From NCBI GenBank assembly GCA_965249545.1, contig CBDFMH010000005.1:512328-576327 (forward strand): a DNA stretch of 64,000 nucleotides, in the 5' to 3' direction. Positions 27,673 through 38,000 of this stretch are shown piece by piece (position 1 is the stretch's first letter; each line of letters opens with the position of its first letter). The translations under genes and the position numbers were made by a program. Source of the DNA: Pirellulales bacterium. GTDB taxonomy: Bacteria; Planctomycetota; Planctomycetia; Pirellulales; UBA1268. The notes under the pieces are model-generated. The model saw only the letters and a list, made by a program, of their open reading frames with translations, ran no database searches and was not told the origin of the DNA.

Positions 27673-28998
27673 CTACGCCTTGAGATCTCCAGGTGTCTTG
27701 GAATGGGCGTGCTGCGGGAAGTCAAAGGTCAGCACGAGTGGTTCAGTTCCTGTATTTTCAATCTCAACACCACCTTTTGAAAGTGCGGCCTGCGTGATGA
27801 ATCCAATCTCGGGATAAATCTCGCCAAGAATCATATCTTGATGATATCGAACATCGAGTTTTCCAACACGGCCACTACCACCGTTTGTGTGGAATAATGC
27901 CGGAGTCTCTGGGCAAAAATTTGTCTTACTACCTGGCTGGACGGTCAGTCTGAGGATCGAGCACTTCTGATCACCCAGGAAGTCACCATAAACAATCCAC
28001 TTTGCATCAACGCCTTGCCCTTTAAATTCTTCAGCTGAAATTGCCGGGCGTGAATTCTTCAGAACAAAGTCTGGATCCTGATTTGCTTGAAAGTCAAACT
28101 TTTCAACCAAGTAATCCCAGTCTTCGTGATGGTCCTTCGGGTAATCCTGCTCTCGGCATGCGTAAAAAGCATCGGCTGCTCCAATACGTCCGTCAAGTGT
28201 TAGGTCTTCGGCCAAGAAGTGCTCATCCATCGTGACATGCAACTCATGGGTGCAAAGATTTGTGGGCGAATGCAGCACGCCGTTAGGCATCACGAAGCCG
28301 TTATCAAGTTCCATCATAACGTGAGGGGCGAGATGCCGAATTCCATTGTATTCACTCTTTCCGAAACGCTTCATACAAGCCAGGAACTGCTCCTTGGTCA
28401 CAAACGAATACAAGCCCATGGCCGTCGTGTGATAATGCGATGCACTGACTCCAGGATTGTCGAAAGAATTGATGTCATAGACTTCCCACTTCGTCCAATG
28501 AAGATGATCAGGAATCGGATTTAAGTTATCAAACTTCTTTGAAACAATCGGCCATGTTGGCTCACCAAACAATGATTTCGAGAAGGCGGTTATCTTCTCG
28601 CCCATGACCACTTCCGGATGAGCGACAATCAAGTCTTGCAGGGAAATTACTTGCCCGTTCGGAGTAAGGACATGCGACTCGCCTTCTCGAAATGGTGCTT
28701 TGTTGGTGCGTGTATCGATGACACCTGTGACAATCGGGACAGTGCAACACATCCATACTTCATCAAGACCCGTCCCATTCATGTAGTCTGGGTAGTACGA
28801 TTTTTCTGCAAGGCGAAGACGTTTGCCTGGCGTGCAGAATGTGCGGCCAGCATACCTATGAAGGAGTTGTAATACTCCGTCGTTTTTGTTCAGGCAATCA
28901 TCAAGAATATCTCCTGCCGCTCCACCAGCACCGTCGATGACATCTTGTTGTGGGTACTCGTGTAATTTATCTGCGAGAGTCGATGTCGAAGCAGCCAT
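27673..28998 (-). CDS. Hypothetical protein, possibly phosphomannose-isomerase-like cupin
   Basis: 441-aa ORF. WPIVSKKFDNLNPIPDHLHW and GFVMPNGVLHSPTNLCTHELHVTMD resemble the two metal-ligand regions of type I PMI (remembered ManA motifs LSIQVHP and PHAY...E). The functional call is weak. Confidence 0.55.
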   Translation of the reverse strand: MAASTSTLADKLHEYPQQDVIDGAGGAAGDILDDCLNKNDGVLQLLHRYAGRTFCTPGKRLRLAEKSYYPDYMNGTGLDEVWMCCTVPIVTGVIDTRTNKAPFREGESHVLTPNGQVISLQDLIVAHPEVVMGEKITAFSKSLFGEPTWPIVSKKFDNLNPIPDHLHWTKWEVYDINSFDNPGVSASHYHTTAMGLYSFVTKEQFLACMKRFGKSEYNGIRHLAPHVMMELDNGFVMPNGVLHSPTNLCTHELHVTMDEHFLAEDLTLDGRIGAADAFYACREQDYPKDHHEDWDYLVEKFDFQANQDPDFVLKNSRPAISAEEFKGQGVDAKWIVYGDFLGDQKCSILRLTVQPGSKTNFCPETPALFHTNGGSGRVGKLDVRYHQDMILGEIYPEIGFITQAALSKGGVEIENTGTEPLVLTFDFPQHAHSKTPGDLKA

Positions 28999-29287
28999 GA
29001 TATGTGCACCTCAATGGTTCGAAAGAAGCGTGTTAATTCTGAAAACTAATTTGGTCTCGAGTATAGATGTTATTTAATTGTGTAAACACACCGAGGCGTC
29101 GGCTTACGATTTGTACTCGTATTCCAGACCAGCTTGTATACCCTCAATCAAAACCCCGTATGTATGTCAGTCGATAAGCGCGTTGTTCAAACACGTAGCA
29201 ATTAGCACGAATTGGTCGTGTCTTAATTTGAAAAAGAAAATGAGACCATGACCCCATAGCCCACTCTCTTTACTGTTCTATCTCTGT

Positions 29288-30127
29288 TTATTTTTTCTCC
29301 TGTGCCTGCCTTTGCTTTGACTCTTCTCGCCGCTTGATAATTCCAGCAAGTTTTTTCTTTTCAGCTTCCAGCACGCCTGCTGTGATCCCTGCAGGCGTGA
29401 CTTCAGCCATGTCGATGATGTCTGTTTCTTTAAGCTCTTTTAAGCGTATATTTTGGTACCACACTGGATCGCCATGATCTTGCAGACTCAGGTTGGCACC
29501 ACGGGCATCCAGATTTCCACCTCGCTGTCTGAGCATGTCGACATTGGCAGCCCATTTTGGATCTTTGTAATCTATGTGAATCACTTTTTCTCCGTTGAGC
29601 CAGTGCTGGATAATGGTTCCCTTGCACACAATGCGGCCTGTATTCCATTGGCCAACAGGCTTAGTCATGTCTTTCGAAGGTTGGACACAAAAGTAAAGAG
29701 ATGCTGCGCTCGTGCGAGGGTTCCTGCCATCAGGGTGGGCCTCATTGTCGAGAATTTGATACTCGTATTGGGTTGGCCGATAGTAGATACCGCTATTGCT
29801 CCCTTCACTCACTTTCCACTCGAATTGAAGTTCGAAGTCGTCAGGAATTTTCTTGCCGAGGTAAACCAGACTGCCACCTTTGCCCTGCCGGGTGATCACT
29901 CCCGATTCGATTGTCCAATTGCCACTGTGCTTCCAGTTTGTCAGGTGGTCTCCTTGGCTCAGCAGTACGAAACCATTCGTCGTAGCATCTGAGCGAATCG
30001 ATGTTGATTCATCAGCATACGCGGCTGAAAGACACCAACTAGGCCACACGCACAGCACGGCCAAAATGCTGATTCCAAGCAATTGAAAAACTCGAAGGTG
30101 GAGATGCAGAACTGAACGTAAAAGCAT
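29288..30127 (-). CDS. DUF1080 (3-keto-disaccharide hydrolase-like) domain protein, secreted
   Basis: Signal-like N-terminus. WKHSGNWTIESGVI, FELQFEWKVSEGSNSGIYYR, YQILDN and LQDHGDPVWYQNIRLKEL are typical of DUF1080. Confidence 0.85.
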   Translation of the reverse strand: MLLRSVLHLHLRVFQLLGISILAVLCVWPSWCLSAAYADESTSIRSDATTNGFVLLSQGDHLTNWKHSGNWTIESGVITRQGKGGSLVYLGKKIPDDFELQFEWKVSEGSNSGIYYRPTQYEYQILDNEAHPDGRNPRTSAASLYFCVQPSKDMTKPVGQWNTGRIVCKGTIIQHWLNGEKVIHIDYKDPKWAANVDMLRQRGGNLDARGANLSLQDHGDPVWYQNIRLKELKETDIIDMAEVTPAGITAGVLEAEKKKLAGIIKRREESKQRQAQEKK

Positions 30128-30572
30128 GGCTTATTAAATTCTTAACGTGGGGACGTGGGTGACTATTTTGAACTCATTGACAGAAGAATATCTGGCTGTT
30201 CTTTCGACCCGATTTTTAATAGGTCAAATAAATCTAAATCTCCATTTAAAAATTGGTTGAGGAAACTGTTGTCAAAGAAGGGTACTCTATGAAGTAGTAC
30301 GGGGGAAATTTTTTGCCTGATCTGTGCCAAAAACTGCTTCGACGCGCACATGTCGAGACCGTGGAATCACCACAGAAGGACTGAGACGATCGCAAAGCGA
30401 ACGTGGCGATGACAAGAAGATGCAGAAACGGTTTTGAAGTGACCCTATAAAAATATGAACAGCCCACAAAGTGCATGATGCGTCACAGGACGGTCTATGT
30501 GAACACAAACCTTGGCGAAATTAGGATGATGGACACCTCGCGCAATCCATCGCTCACCCACGGAGAATCAAG

Positions 30573-31532
30573 GTGCCTATTATTCTTCCGCCGATAACCC
30601 GTCGTCAATTCGTCACACACTCGCTCACTCTTGGTGGCACGGCCATTGTGACATCTCGAACGCTGCCCGCCGCGAACAGTGAACGTACTCGATTAGACCC
30701 AAACCGAGTGGCTTTACTTGCCGATACACACATCAGTGCCAATCCAGATCTTGTCTACCCGGGGACGAAGTGGCCTGGATCTCCCGTCGCGGAGAACGAG
30801 CATGAAAGCGTGAACATGGCACAATGCCTTACAGAGGTGGCCAAGAGCGTCATCGCACTTCATCCTCGACCCGCTCACTTGATCATCAACGGCGACTGTG
30901 CTCTAAGCAACGGTAAAGAATCCGAGTACAAACAACTTCTCGAACTTGTTGAGCCAATTCGTGTTGCGGGCATCACCATTCACGTGACTATCGGCAATCA
31001 TGACAATCGTGAGAATGTGTGGAAACTCCTCCCGTTCTTAAAGAAAGAGCAGATGGGCGTTCAAGCGGATGTGATTGAACTGCCACACGCGAACCTCGTG
31101 CTGTTGGATTCAGGAAAGGGAGCCCTGGGAGATAACCAGTTGAACTGGCTCGCCAAGCAACTCGACAAACGAGCGGATAAACCGGCCCTCATTTTTGGTC
31201 ACTACAATCCGTATCCAAACCGAGGCGTTCGCCCGAATAAGGGCATGCGTGACGGGTCGTCTCTGTTGAAACTTCTTGACGAATGCAAGCATGCCAGAGC
31301 CTATATCTATGGGCACACCCATGAATGGCAACACGATCAACGGGACCATCTCCATCTTATTAACCTACCGGCCGTAAGTTACTATTTTGGAAAAGGCCAT
31401 GCGCATGGCTGGGTCGATATGAAGCTCACTGAAACATCCGCTCAGCTCGAGTTGTACTGCATTAATCGCAAACACAAACAGCACGGTGATCGCAGACAAG
31501 TCAGTTTAAAAGACCGAAAGACTTTAAGTTAA
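30573..31532 (+). CDS. Calcineurin-like metallophosphoesterase with Tat-like signal
   Basis: GTG start. ITRRQFVTHSLTLGG. LLADTHIS, INGDCA, GNHDNRE and GHTHEW motifs. Confidence 0.85.
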   Translation: MPIILPPITRRQFVTHSLTLGGTAIVTSRTLPAANSERTRLDPNRVALLADTHISANPDLVYPGTKWPGSPVAENEHESVNMAQCLTEVAKSVIALHPRPAHLIINGDCALSNGKESEYKQLLELVEPIRVAGITIHVTIGNHDNRENVWKLLPFLKKEQMGVQADVIELPHANLVLLDSGKGALGDNQLNWLAKQLDKRADKPALIFGHYNPYPNRGVRPNKGMRDGSSLLKLLDECKHARAYIYGHTHEWQHDQRDHLHLINLPAVSYYFGKGHAHGWVDMKLTETSAQLELYCINRKHKQHGDRRQVSLKDRKTLS

Positions 31533-31604
31533 ACACTCCGCCGCTGCGGGTTGCTCTTTAGGGACATCACGAGAAAAGAATCTATTAAAGGGAAAGCGTT
31601 TCGA

Positions 31605-33662
31605 ATGAAGATCTTTAATTTATTATGCCTGGTTGTTACGTGCGTGAGCCTTGCGAAATGCTGCGTTGCTGATCCAGGAGTCGACACGCCCGTAACTGTT
31701 CGTGTTGCCAGTTACAATGTCGTGTTCGGTAGCATGACTACCCCCGAACAACTTGGAGAGATGTTCAAACCATATAACTTAGACATCATTGGGTTTAGTG
31801 AAGTTCCAGATGGCGACTGGACAGCTCGCGTCGGCAAAGTTCTGGGAATGGAACACAGCTATGTGGGCACAATTTCATCTGCAAATCATAAAGACAAATA
31901 CAAATCGATACTGAGCCGGACGCCACTCGATGGTACAACAGAGCATGAACTGCGGGTTAACCGTCGAGGCTTCTGGAACCCTGCTTCGGTCGTACGAGCT
32001 ACAACAAAGATCGAAGGCGTTTCCATCGCATTCTGCTCGTTGCATATCTCTGGTTCAGGTGGACGCAAAGGCAATGGCCATGCCTACCAACTTGCGACCG
32101 AGATCGTGCCGAAAGAGACGACGGAACGCGTGATCGTCGTTGGAGATTTCAATAACCGTATCGGCGATGAGGCAATGGATGCCATCGAGGCCGCAGGAAT
32201 GAAACCGACCTGGAAGGATCTGAAGATCGAGCTCTCCAAGGAGTTCACGATCTGGCACAACAAGCCCGATAAGCATCTGGGTGTTATCGATCACATCTTG
32301 TACAACTCCTCGTCTGGAGCCAAGGCTACCAAGGGCGGAATCATTGAATTGAAGAAGCCACTGTCCGATCACAAACCCATCTGGGCAGAAATCGTCTTCC
32401 CTCGAACACTGAAGAAGGTGAAGAAACCGGGTGAGGGAGATACTACGAAACCTGAAGCGGCGGCCCTTCATGTAGCACCAAAGGGCACTGCCGGCCCGCT
32501 TGTTGGTGCCGTCGATCCCAGTCGAGTGACCTTGTGGATATTTGCCCCAGCCGAGTCCAATTGTAGCTATACATACAAATCGACCGACCCAGCCCAGCCT
32601 GATGGTAGTGGGCAATTTACAGCGGTGCCCAACCCTGCTGCCGACGGTCTGGGCCGCCCATTCAAAACCGTTATTAAAGGCTTGTCGCCAAACACACGCT
32701 ACCGCTACGCCGTCAACGTCGACGGAAAAGCGGATCCGGCTTGGGCTGGATCCTTCAAGACAGCACCAGCGGCAGGAAAGCCTGCGGCCTTCAGGCTAGC
32801 GCTTACCTCTTGCATGAAGATCGGACAACGCCAAACCTCCTGGCCCCTGTTGCTCGACCAACAACCAGACATTCACGTTACAGTGGGAGACACACACTAC
32901 GCAGACACCACGGATCCAATCGTCCAACTGAACCACCACGTGGCGTACCGTCGTACACCTAAGTTTGCTACCGTGATTCGCAACATCCCAACCTATGCGA
33001 TGTGGGATGACCACGATTACGGCCCCAACAATTCGGATGGTACTGCTGTGGGTAAAGAACACTCACTGGCCGGCTGGAAACAGGTTTGGGCAAATCCGGC
33101 TCTCGGAACACCCGAGACACCTGGTGCCTTCTTCACATTCTCTTACGGTGACGTGGACTTCTTTATGATGGACAGCCGCTACCACCGATCACCTAACGTC
33201 GCACCGGATGATGAGCAAAAACGCATGTTGGGAGACGCGCAGTTTACATGGCTATTGAACGGTCTCAAAAAGTCACAAGCCCGTTTCAAAGTCATCATCT
33301 CTGGCAGCACTCTTCACCACAGTAAAGTCGATGGCTGGCGGATCTACACCTTCTCGCGCCATCGCCTCTTCGATGCCATCAATGAGCACCAAGTCTCTGG
33401 TGTGATGTATATGTCGGGTGATATTCATGAGTCACTTGTCTGGGAGCACCACGAGTCTGATCGCGTCGGCTATCCGCTTGTAGAGATCATTTCTTCTGGA
33501 GTGGCCAACAGCAAAACACGTAGCTTTGCGACTGTGGATTTCGATACCACTCGCGAGGACCCCACGGCCCGGGTCCGCATTGTTTATGGCAACGGCACCG
33601 TCCTCACCGACAAGACCTGGAAACTCTCAAAAATCAGCTCACCAAAAATAGAATATCCTTGA
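31605..33662 (+). CDS. Fusion protein: N-terminal EEP domain plus C-terminal PhoD-like phosphatase
   Basis: Signal MKIFNLLCLVVTCVSLAKC. EEP motifs VRVASYNVVFG, GFSEV, VVGDFNN, LSDHKPIWAEI. PhoD-like VGDTHYADT, MWDDHDYGPNNSD, FFMMDSRYHRSP, VMYMSGDIHES. Confidence 0.85.
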   Translation: MKIFNLLCLVVTCVSLAKCCVADPGVDTPVTVRVASYNVVFGSMTTPEQLGEMFKPYNLDIIGFSEVPDGDWTARVGKVLGMEHSYVGTISSANHKDKYKSILSRTPLDGTTEHELRVNRRGFWNPASVVRATTKIEGVSIAFCSLHISGSGGRKGNGHAYQLATEIVPKETTERVIVVGDFNNRIGDEAMDAIEAAGMKPTWKDLKIELSKEFTIWHNKPDKHLGVIDHILYNSSSGAKATKGGIIELKKPLSDHKPIWAEIVFPRTLKKVKKPGEGDTTKPEAAALHVAPKGTAGPLVGAVDPSRVTLWIFAPAESNCSYTYKSTDPAQPDGSGQFTAVPNPAADGLGRPFKTVIKGLSPNTRYRYAVNVDGKADPAWAGSFKTAPAAGKPAAFRLALTSCMKIGQRQTSWPLLLDQQPDIHVTVGDTHYADTTDPIVQLNHHVAYRRTPKFATVIRNIPTYAMWDDHDYGPNNSDGTAVGKEHSLAGWKQVWANPALGTPETPGAFFTFSYGDVDFFMMDSRYHRSPNVAPDDEQKRMLGDAQFTWLLNGLKKSQARFKVIISGSTLHHSKVDGWRIYTFSRHRLFDAINEHQVSGVMYMSGDIHESLVWEHHESDRVGYPLVEIISSGVANSKTRSFATVDFDTTREDPTARVRIVYGNGTVLTDKTWKLSKISSPKIEYP

Positions 33663-34353
33663 TTTTATTGTGTCCACCAGGCCTTATCACGACATGGATT
33701 GGTAAGCCTATTTTGAACAGCTTGCTGAACTCTATTTCAGCTGATCTGAAAATAGATTTGACCAGCACGTCTATCACAGATTGAGGTTGATGTTCTGTGA
33801 CAATTTTGTTCACACCACCCATTGACTACTACGTCAAACCACATTGAACTCTTTTCTGCCATATCTCTTTCTTCTCTACAGAACATTCTACCAACGTGTT
33901 TTTGCAAGAAACTTGCTCCGTTATTCCAAGCTGGTTTCTATCGATCTGAAAGCAAGCCATGTATTCAAAAACGGAATAACATCAGTGCTCCGTAAGGCAC
34001 CACAATAAGCCCGAGTACGTAGCAAATAATCACCGCTATTTCGTTGGTCATAAAGGACCCAAGGGCGGCTCCAACAAGACCACCACATAGTGTCAAAACA
34101 GCGAAAATAAGTGTTCGCTTCAAAGCGGGTGAGTCTCGTTGAATATGGAGGGATACTCTTTGAACTGCAGAACAGCGACGTCAATCATCGTATTGCCCGA
34201 GCCTGCACAAATTCAAAAACGAACTCTTTCAATTCCCTTCGTCGAATGTTCCTTTTTATTCCCTGATAAAGCATTGCCATGCAGCGTATGCCCGGAAAGG
34301 GGTTTTCTCTACCATCTCCAATCGAACACCTCAGCCTTTACGCCAATTCAAAT

Positions 34354-34551
34354 TCACCATTCCGTAATATGCCTTCGGGTTTTGGCAAAGTAGCGGATTG
34401 AGTCTGAATATTTATCAAGTATCTCCACCGCCTTGCACTTAATGTCAATGAGCAAGGCCGCACGGTTCTTATCTTTGTCATTCAATTCATTCAGTTTTCT
34501 AAGTGCGTAGTGATAGTCAAACGAGGCAACAAATATTTCATGATCATTCAT
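34354..34551 (-). CDS. Hypothetical small protein
   Basis: 65-aa ORF with protein-like composition in an AT-rich gap. No motif recognised. Confidence 0.3.
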   Translation of the reverse strand: MNDHEIFVASFDYHYALRKLNELNDKDKNRAALLIDIKCKAVEILDKYSDSIRYFAKTRRHITEW

Positions 34552-34661
34552 GTATTGTCCTCCGTTGTGCTAGAGCACCTTAAACCTTTTTCTTACTATC
34601 AAGGAAACTTCGAAACTATAGTCACCTGTCAAACGTTTTACCACCATGTGGCTCAAACACA

Positions 34662-35762
34662 TTATTCACTGTTTTCAGGTATCAAAACTGTGTCAATTGC
34701 ATGAATGATTCCATCAACACATTGAATATCAGGTTCAAGAACAATCGCATCGTTCACGTGGGTTTCTTCCGCATGCCTGGTTACGTGGATTCTTCCCCCT
34801 CGAACCATATTGATGTTCTTTTCTGCAAGAGCCTGCTTTGCATCAAAAGATCCTGCTGCGACATGGTATGCAAGTAAGGAGACTAACTTCTCACGGTTTT
34901 CTGGTTTGAGTAGTTCTTCGAGTAGGCCTTCTGGAAGGCCTGAAAATGCCTCATCTGTCGGTGCAAATATTGTGAGCGGATTATCCCACTGAAAAAACAC
35001 TGTGAGCTTTGCTGCATCGAGTGCTTGTTTAAAAATAGTAAATCTTCCATCAGCAACTACCGTTGCGATCAGACGCTCTGCTTGAGCCGAAACATCTTCA
35101 ACAGATTTCTGTTTTTCTCCTTGACCTTTTCCGTATGTGCGAATCCACTCAATCTCAAGATCAAACGGGCCTGGCTTTTTATCTGCCAACAAGACAGACA
35201 CTCGTCGAATAGCCGTTGTATCCAATACTTCGTCTGGGAACTGTCGGCCTCTCCAACTTGCAACAAAATCTTCAAAAGGAACCTTGACCTGTATCCACTG
35301 ATCTTTTTTTGTCTTGAATTTCCCAAGAAATGAAAGTGGATTGCCGCGAAAGGTAGCTGTTGAATCGAGCCGGGCTTCATACGTTCGCCCATCACCCTTG
35401 ACGCGCAAGAGTAGACCAAGGTCATTGCTCAGATCAAAATTTACGCCACGACTCCGAACAGTTGAAAATCCACCGTTGTTATCAAGTGAAAGGGTGCCCC
35501 AGAAATGCATTATGTTGTCGGATGTGTGTTCAACATTGCCTTTCGAAAGCCCCCCCATCACACCATCATTGACAATCTTCCATGAAAACTCCTCATTCTC
35601 AGCAGGTGTAAATTCAGAAACAGATTGGCCACGCCACGATGCTGGGGAATCTGCAAATCCAAAGGCAGAAGCACATGAAAGCCAAGCAACAACCAAGAAA
35701 CAAGAAAAAACGCGTGATCGAAAGAGCACGCGGTTGAATAGAACCATGATGAAGTACCTCAA
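34662..35762 (-). CDS. Secreted CIA30-domain / fasciclin (FAS1)-domain fusion protein
   Basis: WKIVNDGVMGGLSKG...LSLDNNGGFSTVRS (CIA30-like). FAPTDEAFSGLPEGLLEELLKPENREKLVSLLAYHV...VDGIIHAIDTVLIP (FAS1). Confidence 0.85.
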   Translation of the reverse strand: MRYFIMVLFNRVLFRSRVFSCFLVVAWLSCASAFGFADSPASWRGQSVSEFTPAENEEFSWKIVNDGVMGGLSKGNVEHTSDNIMHFWGTLSLDNNGGFSTVRSRGVNFDLSNDLGLLLRVKGDGRTYEARLDSTATFRGNPLSFLGKFKTKKDQWIQVKVPFEDFVASWRGRQFPDEVLDTTAIRRVSVLLADKKPGPFDLEIEWIRTYGKGQGEKQKSVEDVSAQAERLIATVVADGRFTIFKQALDAAKLTVFFQWDNPLTIFAPTDEAFSGLPEGLLEELLKPENREKLVSLLAYHVAAGSFDAKQALAEKNINMVRGGRIHVTRHAEETHVNDAIVLEPDIQCVDGIIHAIDTVLIPENSE

Positions 35763-36008
35763 AATTTTTGTGTTATTCCCCAGACGTTATCTAAGTCTTT
35801 AAGTCTAGCTGTGTGCACTAAAACGAGAAATGCAGGCAGGTTCATTTCCGGCTGATGAGCCCACCTCATTGAATCCGATTAGGGCTGAATTTATCCCTCT
35901 TATACTGTACACAAGAGGGCATGAAACAACTGTCTTTTGTCTTCAGCAATTCATGTAACTATTCAGTCAATTGACTAATTCCTTTCAGATGGCGAGGGGA
36001 ACACATTT

Positions 36009-36734
36009 ATGGAAGCCATTATCGGAATTGGAATACTCTGCGTCATCTTTATTGGCTTTTCTGTAGCCATTATTTCCGGGAGACGTCACGCGCGAGCGAT
36101 GAAGCAGTTCTCGGAGACCATTGACTTTTCATACATGCCGCACGTTGACGATGACGAAGCATTTCTTCAACACTTTAGTCGGCTGCCTCTTTTCGCTCGT
36201 GGCAAAAATCAAGACGTGTGGAACATTATGAAGGGACATGTCCAGGACTTTGAAGTCACTATCATGGAATTCCGATACAGCTACAACTCGTCTTCCACGA
36301 AATCGACTGGGGAGACATCCACGCAGACTGTCGTTATCCTTGAATCAGACACACTCAACCTGCCATCGTTCTCGCTCACTCCCCACCAAACATCAACTGA
36401 GCTTGGAAAGAAAATTTTCTCTGCCCTAATGCCCACGTTCACACAATTTGTACCTCAGGATATTAACTTTGATTCCTATCCTCTATTTTCGAATTTTTAC
36501 CTGCTACAGGGAACAAGGAAGAACGAGGACGCTGTTCGAAAGTTATTTAATCGTGATGTAATCAGGTATTACGAAATCCAGAAAGGCCTGTGCACTGATG
36601 GTGCCGGCAATACCATCATGTGCTACTCATTGGGTGAGCAACTTACTCCCGAAGATATTTCTCCTTTTCTTGATCAGTCCATTGAAGTTTGTGAAATGTT
36701 TCAGCGGGCCGGACGCCTGTCATCAGCTACCTAA
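36009..36734 (+). CDS. Hypothetical N-terminally membrane-anchored protein
   Basis: 241-aa ORF. Single N-terminal hydrophobic helix IIGIGILCVIFIGFSVAII. No recognised family. Confidence 0.6.
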   Translation: MEAIIGIGILCVIFIGFSVAIISGRRHARAMKQFSETIDFSYMPHVDDDEAFLQHFSRLPLFARGKNQDVWNIMKGHVQDFEVTIMEFRYSYNSSSTKSTGETSTQTVVILESDTLNLPSFSLTPHQTSTELGKKIFSALMPTFTQFVPQDINFDSYPLFSNFYLLQGTRKNEDAVRKLFNRDVIRYYEIQKGLCTDGAGNTIMCYSLGEQLTPEDISPFLDQSIEVCEMFQRAGRLSSAT

Positions 36735-36741
36735 GAAAGTT

Positions 36742-37695
36742 TTACTTCGCATGCTTGAAGGCTTCTTTACGTGACTTGGCTAACTCAAACTGTTTTTGTC
36801 GCTCAGCAAAACCTGCTTTCTGTTCAATCGATGTCTGATCATGGCACTTCGAGCAGCTGATGCCCTCTTGGAAATATTCTGACTGTTTATCCAACGGGCT
36901 CAGCGGAAAGCGACATGCACGACAGAGTTCATAGTCTGCCAGCTCAAGACCATGCCCCACGGCAACCCGCTGATCAAAAACAAAGCACTCACCTTCCCAA
37001 AGACTTTCATCTTCAGGCACTTCTTCAAGGTATTTCAGAATACCTCCCTGAAGGTGATAGACCTCCTTCACTCCTGCCTGCTTGAGAAATGCTGTTGATT
37101 TTTCACACCTGATGCCGCCAGTGCAGAACATGGCAACCCGTGGCTGCTCACCAGCATCAATCTTTTTCTCGAGCCATGACGGTAATTGACTAAAGGAATC
37201 CAGACCAGGATCCACTGCACCCTTAAAGGTACCGATCTCTGTTTCATAGTTGTTGCGCGTATCGATTACGAACACATCTGGCTCACTAATGAGTGCATTC
37301 CAGTCTGCCGGCTTTACATAGGTACCAACAAGTTCAGTCGGGTCAACTCCTGGGACCCCCAGAGTCACAATTTCTTTTTTCAGCCGCACGCGCAACTTAC
37401 GGAAAGGCTGTTTGTGAGCAAATGACTCTTTCCACTCGAGATCGGCGAAGCGGGAGTCTTGGCGTATGCGTTCAAGAACGTTCACCACGCCTTCTCGCGG
37501 CCCGGCAATCGTCGAATTGATGCCTTCGTGTGCTAGTAACACGATGCCAAAAACATTGTTCTCTCGGCAGCAGGATTCTATCTGGTCTTGCAGTGAGGCA
37601 AGGTCATTGAGTTGTACGAACTTATAAAAAGCAGCCACTAGAAGCGGGTCCACTGTTCTGTCCTTCGTTTCTGAAACGTGCTTGAGGGCATCCAT
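36742..37695 (-). CDS. trhO: Rhodanese-domain protein UPF0176/TrhO (tRNA uridine-34 hydroxylase family)
   Basis: AAFYKFVQL..., LLAHEGINSTIAG, rhodanese active-site loop FCTGGIRCEK, C-terminal Cys cluster CRACRFP...CSKCH. Confidence 0.8.
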   Translation of the reverse strand: MDALKHVSETKDRTVDPLLVAAFYKFVQLNDLASLQDQIESCCRENNVFGIVLLAHEGINSTIAGPREGVVNVLERIRQDSRFADLEWKESFAHKQPFRKLRVRLKKEIVTLGVPGVDPTELVGTYVKPADWNALISEPDVFVIDTRNNYETEIGTFKGAVDPGLDSFSQLPSWLEKKIDAGEQPRVAMFCTGGIRCEKSTAFLKQAGVKEVYHLQGGILKYLEEVPEDESLWEGECFVFDQRVAVGHGLELADYELCRACRFPLSPLDKQSEYFQEGISCSKCHDQTSIEQKAGFAERQKQFELAKSRKEAFKHAK

Positions 37696-38000
37696 AGTAC
37701 GTGTCGCTAAGGAAGCGTCACATTCTTTGCTACTTTCTGTATTCCGTTATCGAAATGACACTGTGTCGCGTGACACCGTCCAAGAATCTTAAAACATATC
37801 TCAGATGTTGAAAAAGAAGGCATAAATACCAGCGGAGATTCGCAATGTATGCACTTCCTCAATTACCCCTCGAAGGAATTACTAGCCTCAAAACTTTCCG
37901 AGTGTCTATCGATCAAACACTTTCGTATATGCTTTGATAGGCCGATGCGTACTGGACGTGTTGCTCCAAGAAATAGTTCCCCATTTTTGAGTTTCATTCA

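Noticed and set aside
33965-34123. 52-codon minus-strand ORF (TTG start) encoding a two-helix hydrophobic peptide LKRTLIFAVLTLCGGLVGAALGSFMTNEIAVIICYVLGLIVVPYGALMLFRF
   Set aside because: It looks membrane-protein-like. However, it has no ATG or GTG start and no visible ribosome-binding site, is shorter than 60 aa, and overlaps another listed ORF in a different frame. It cannot be supported without conservation data.
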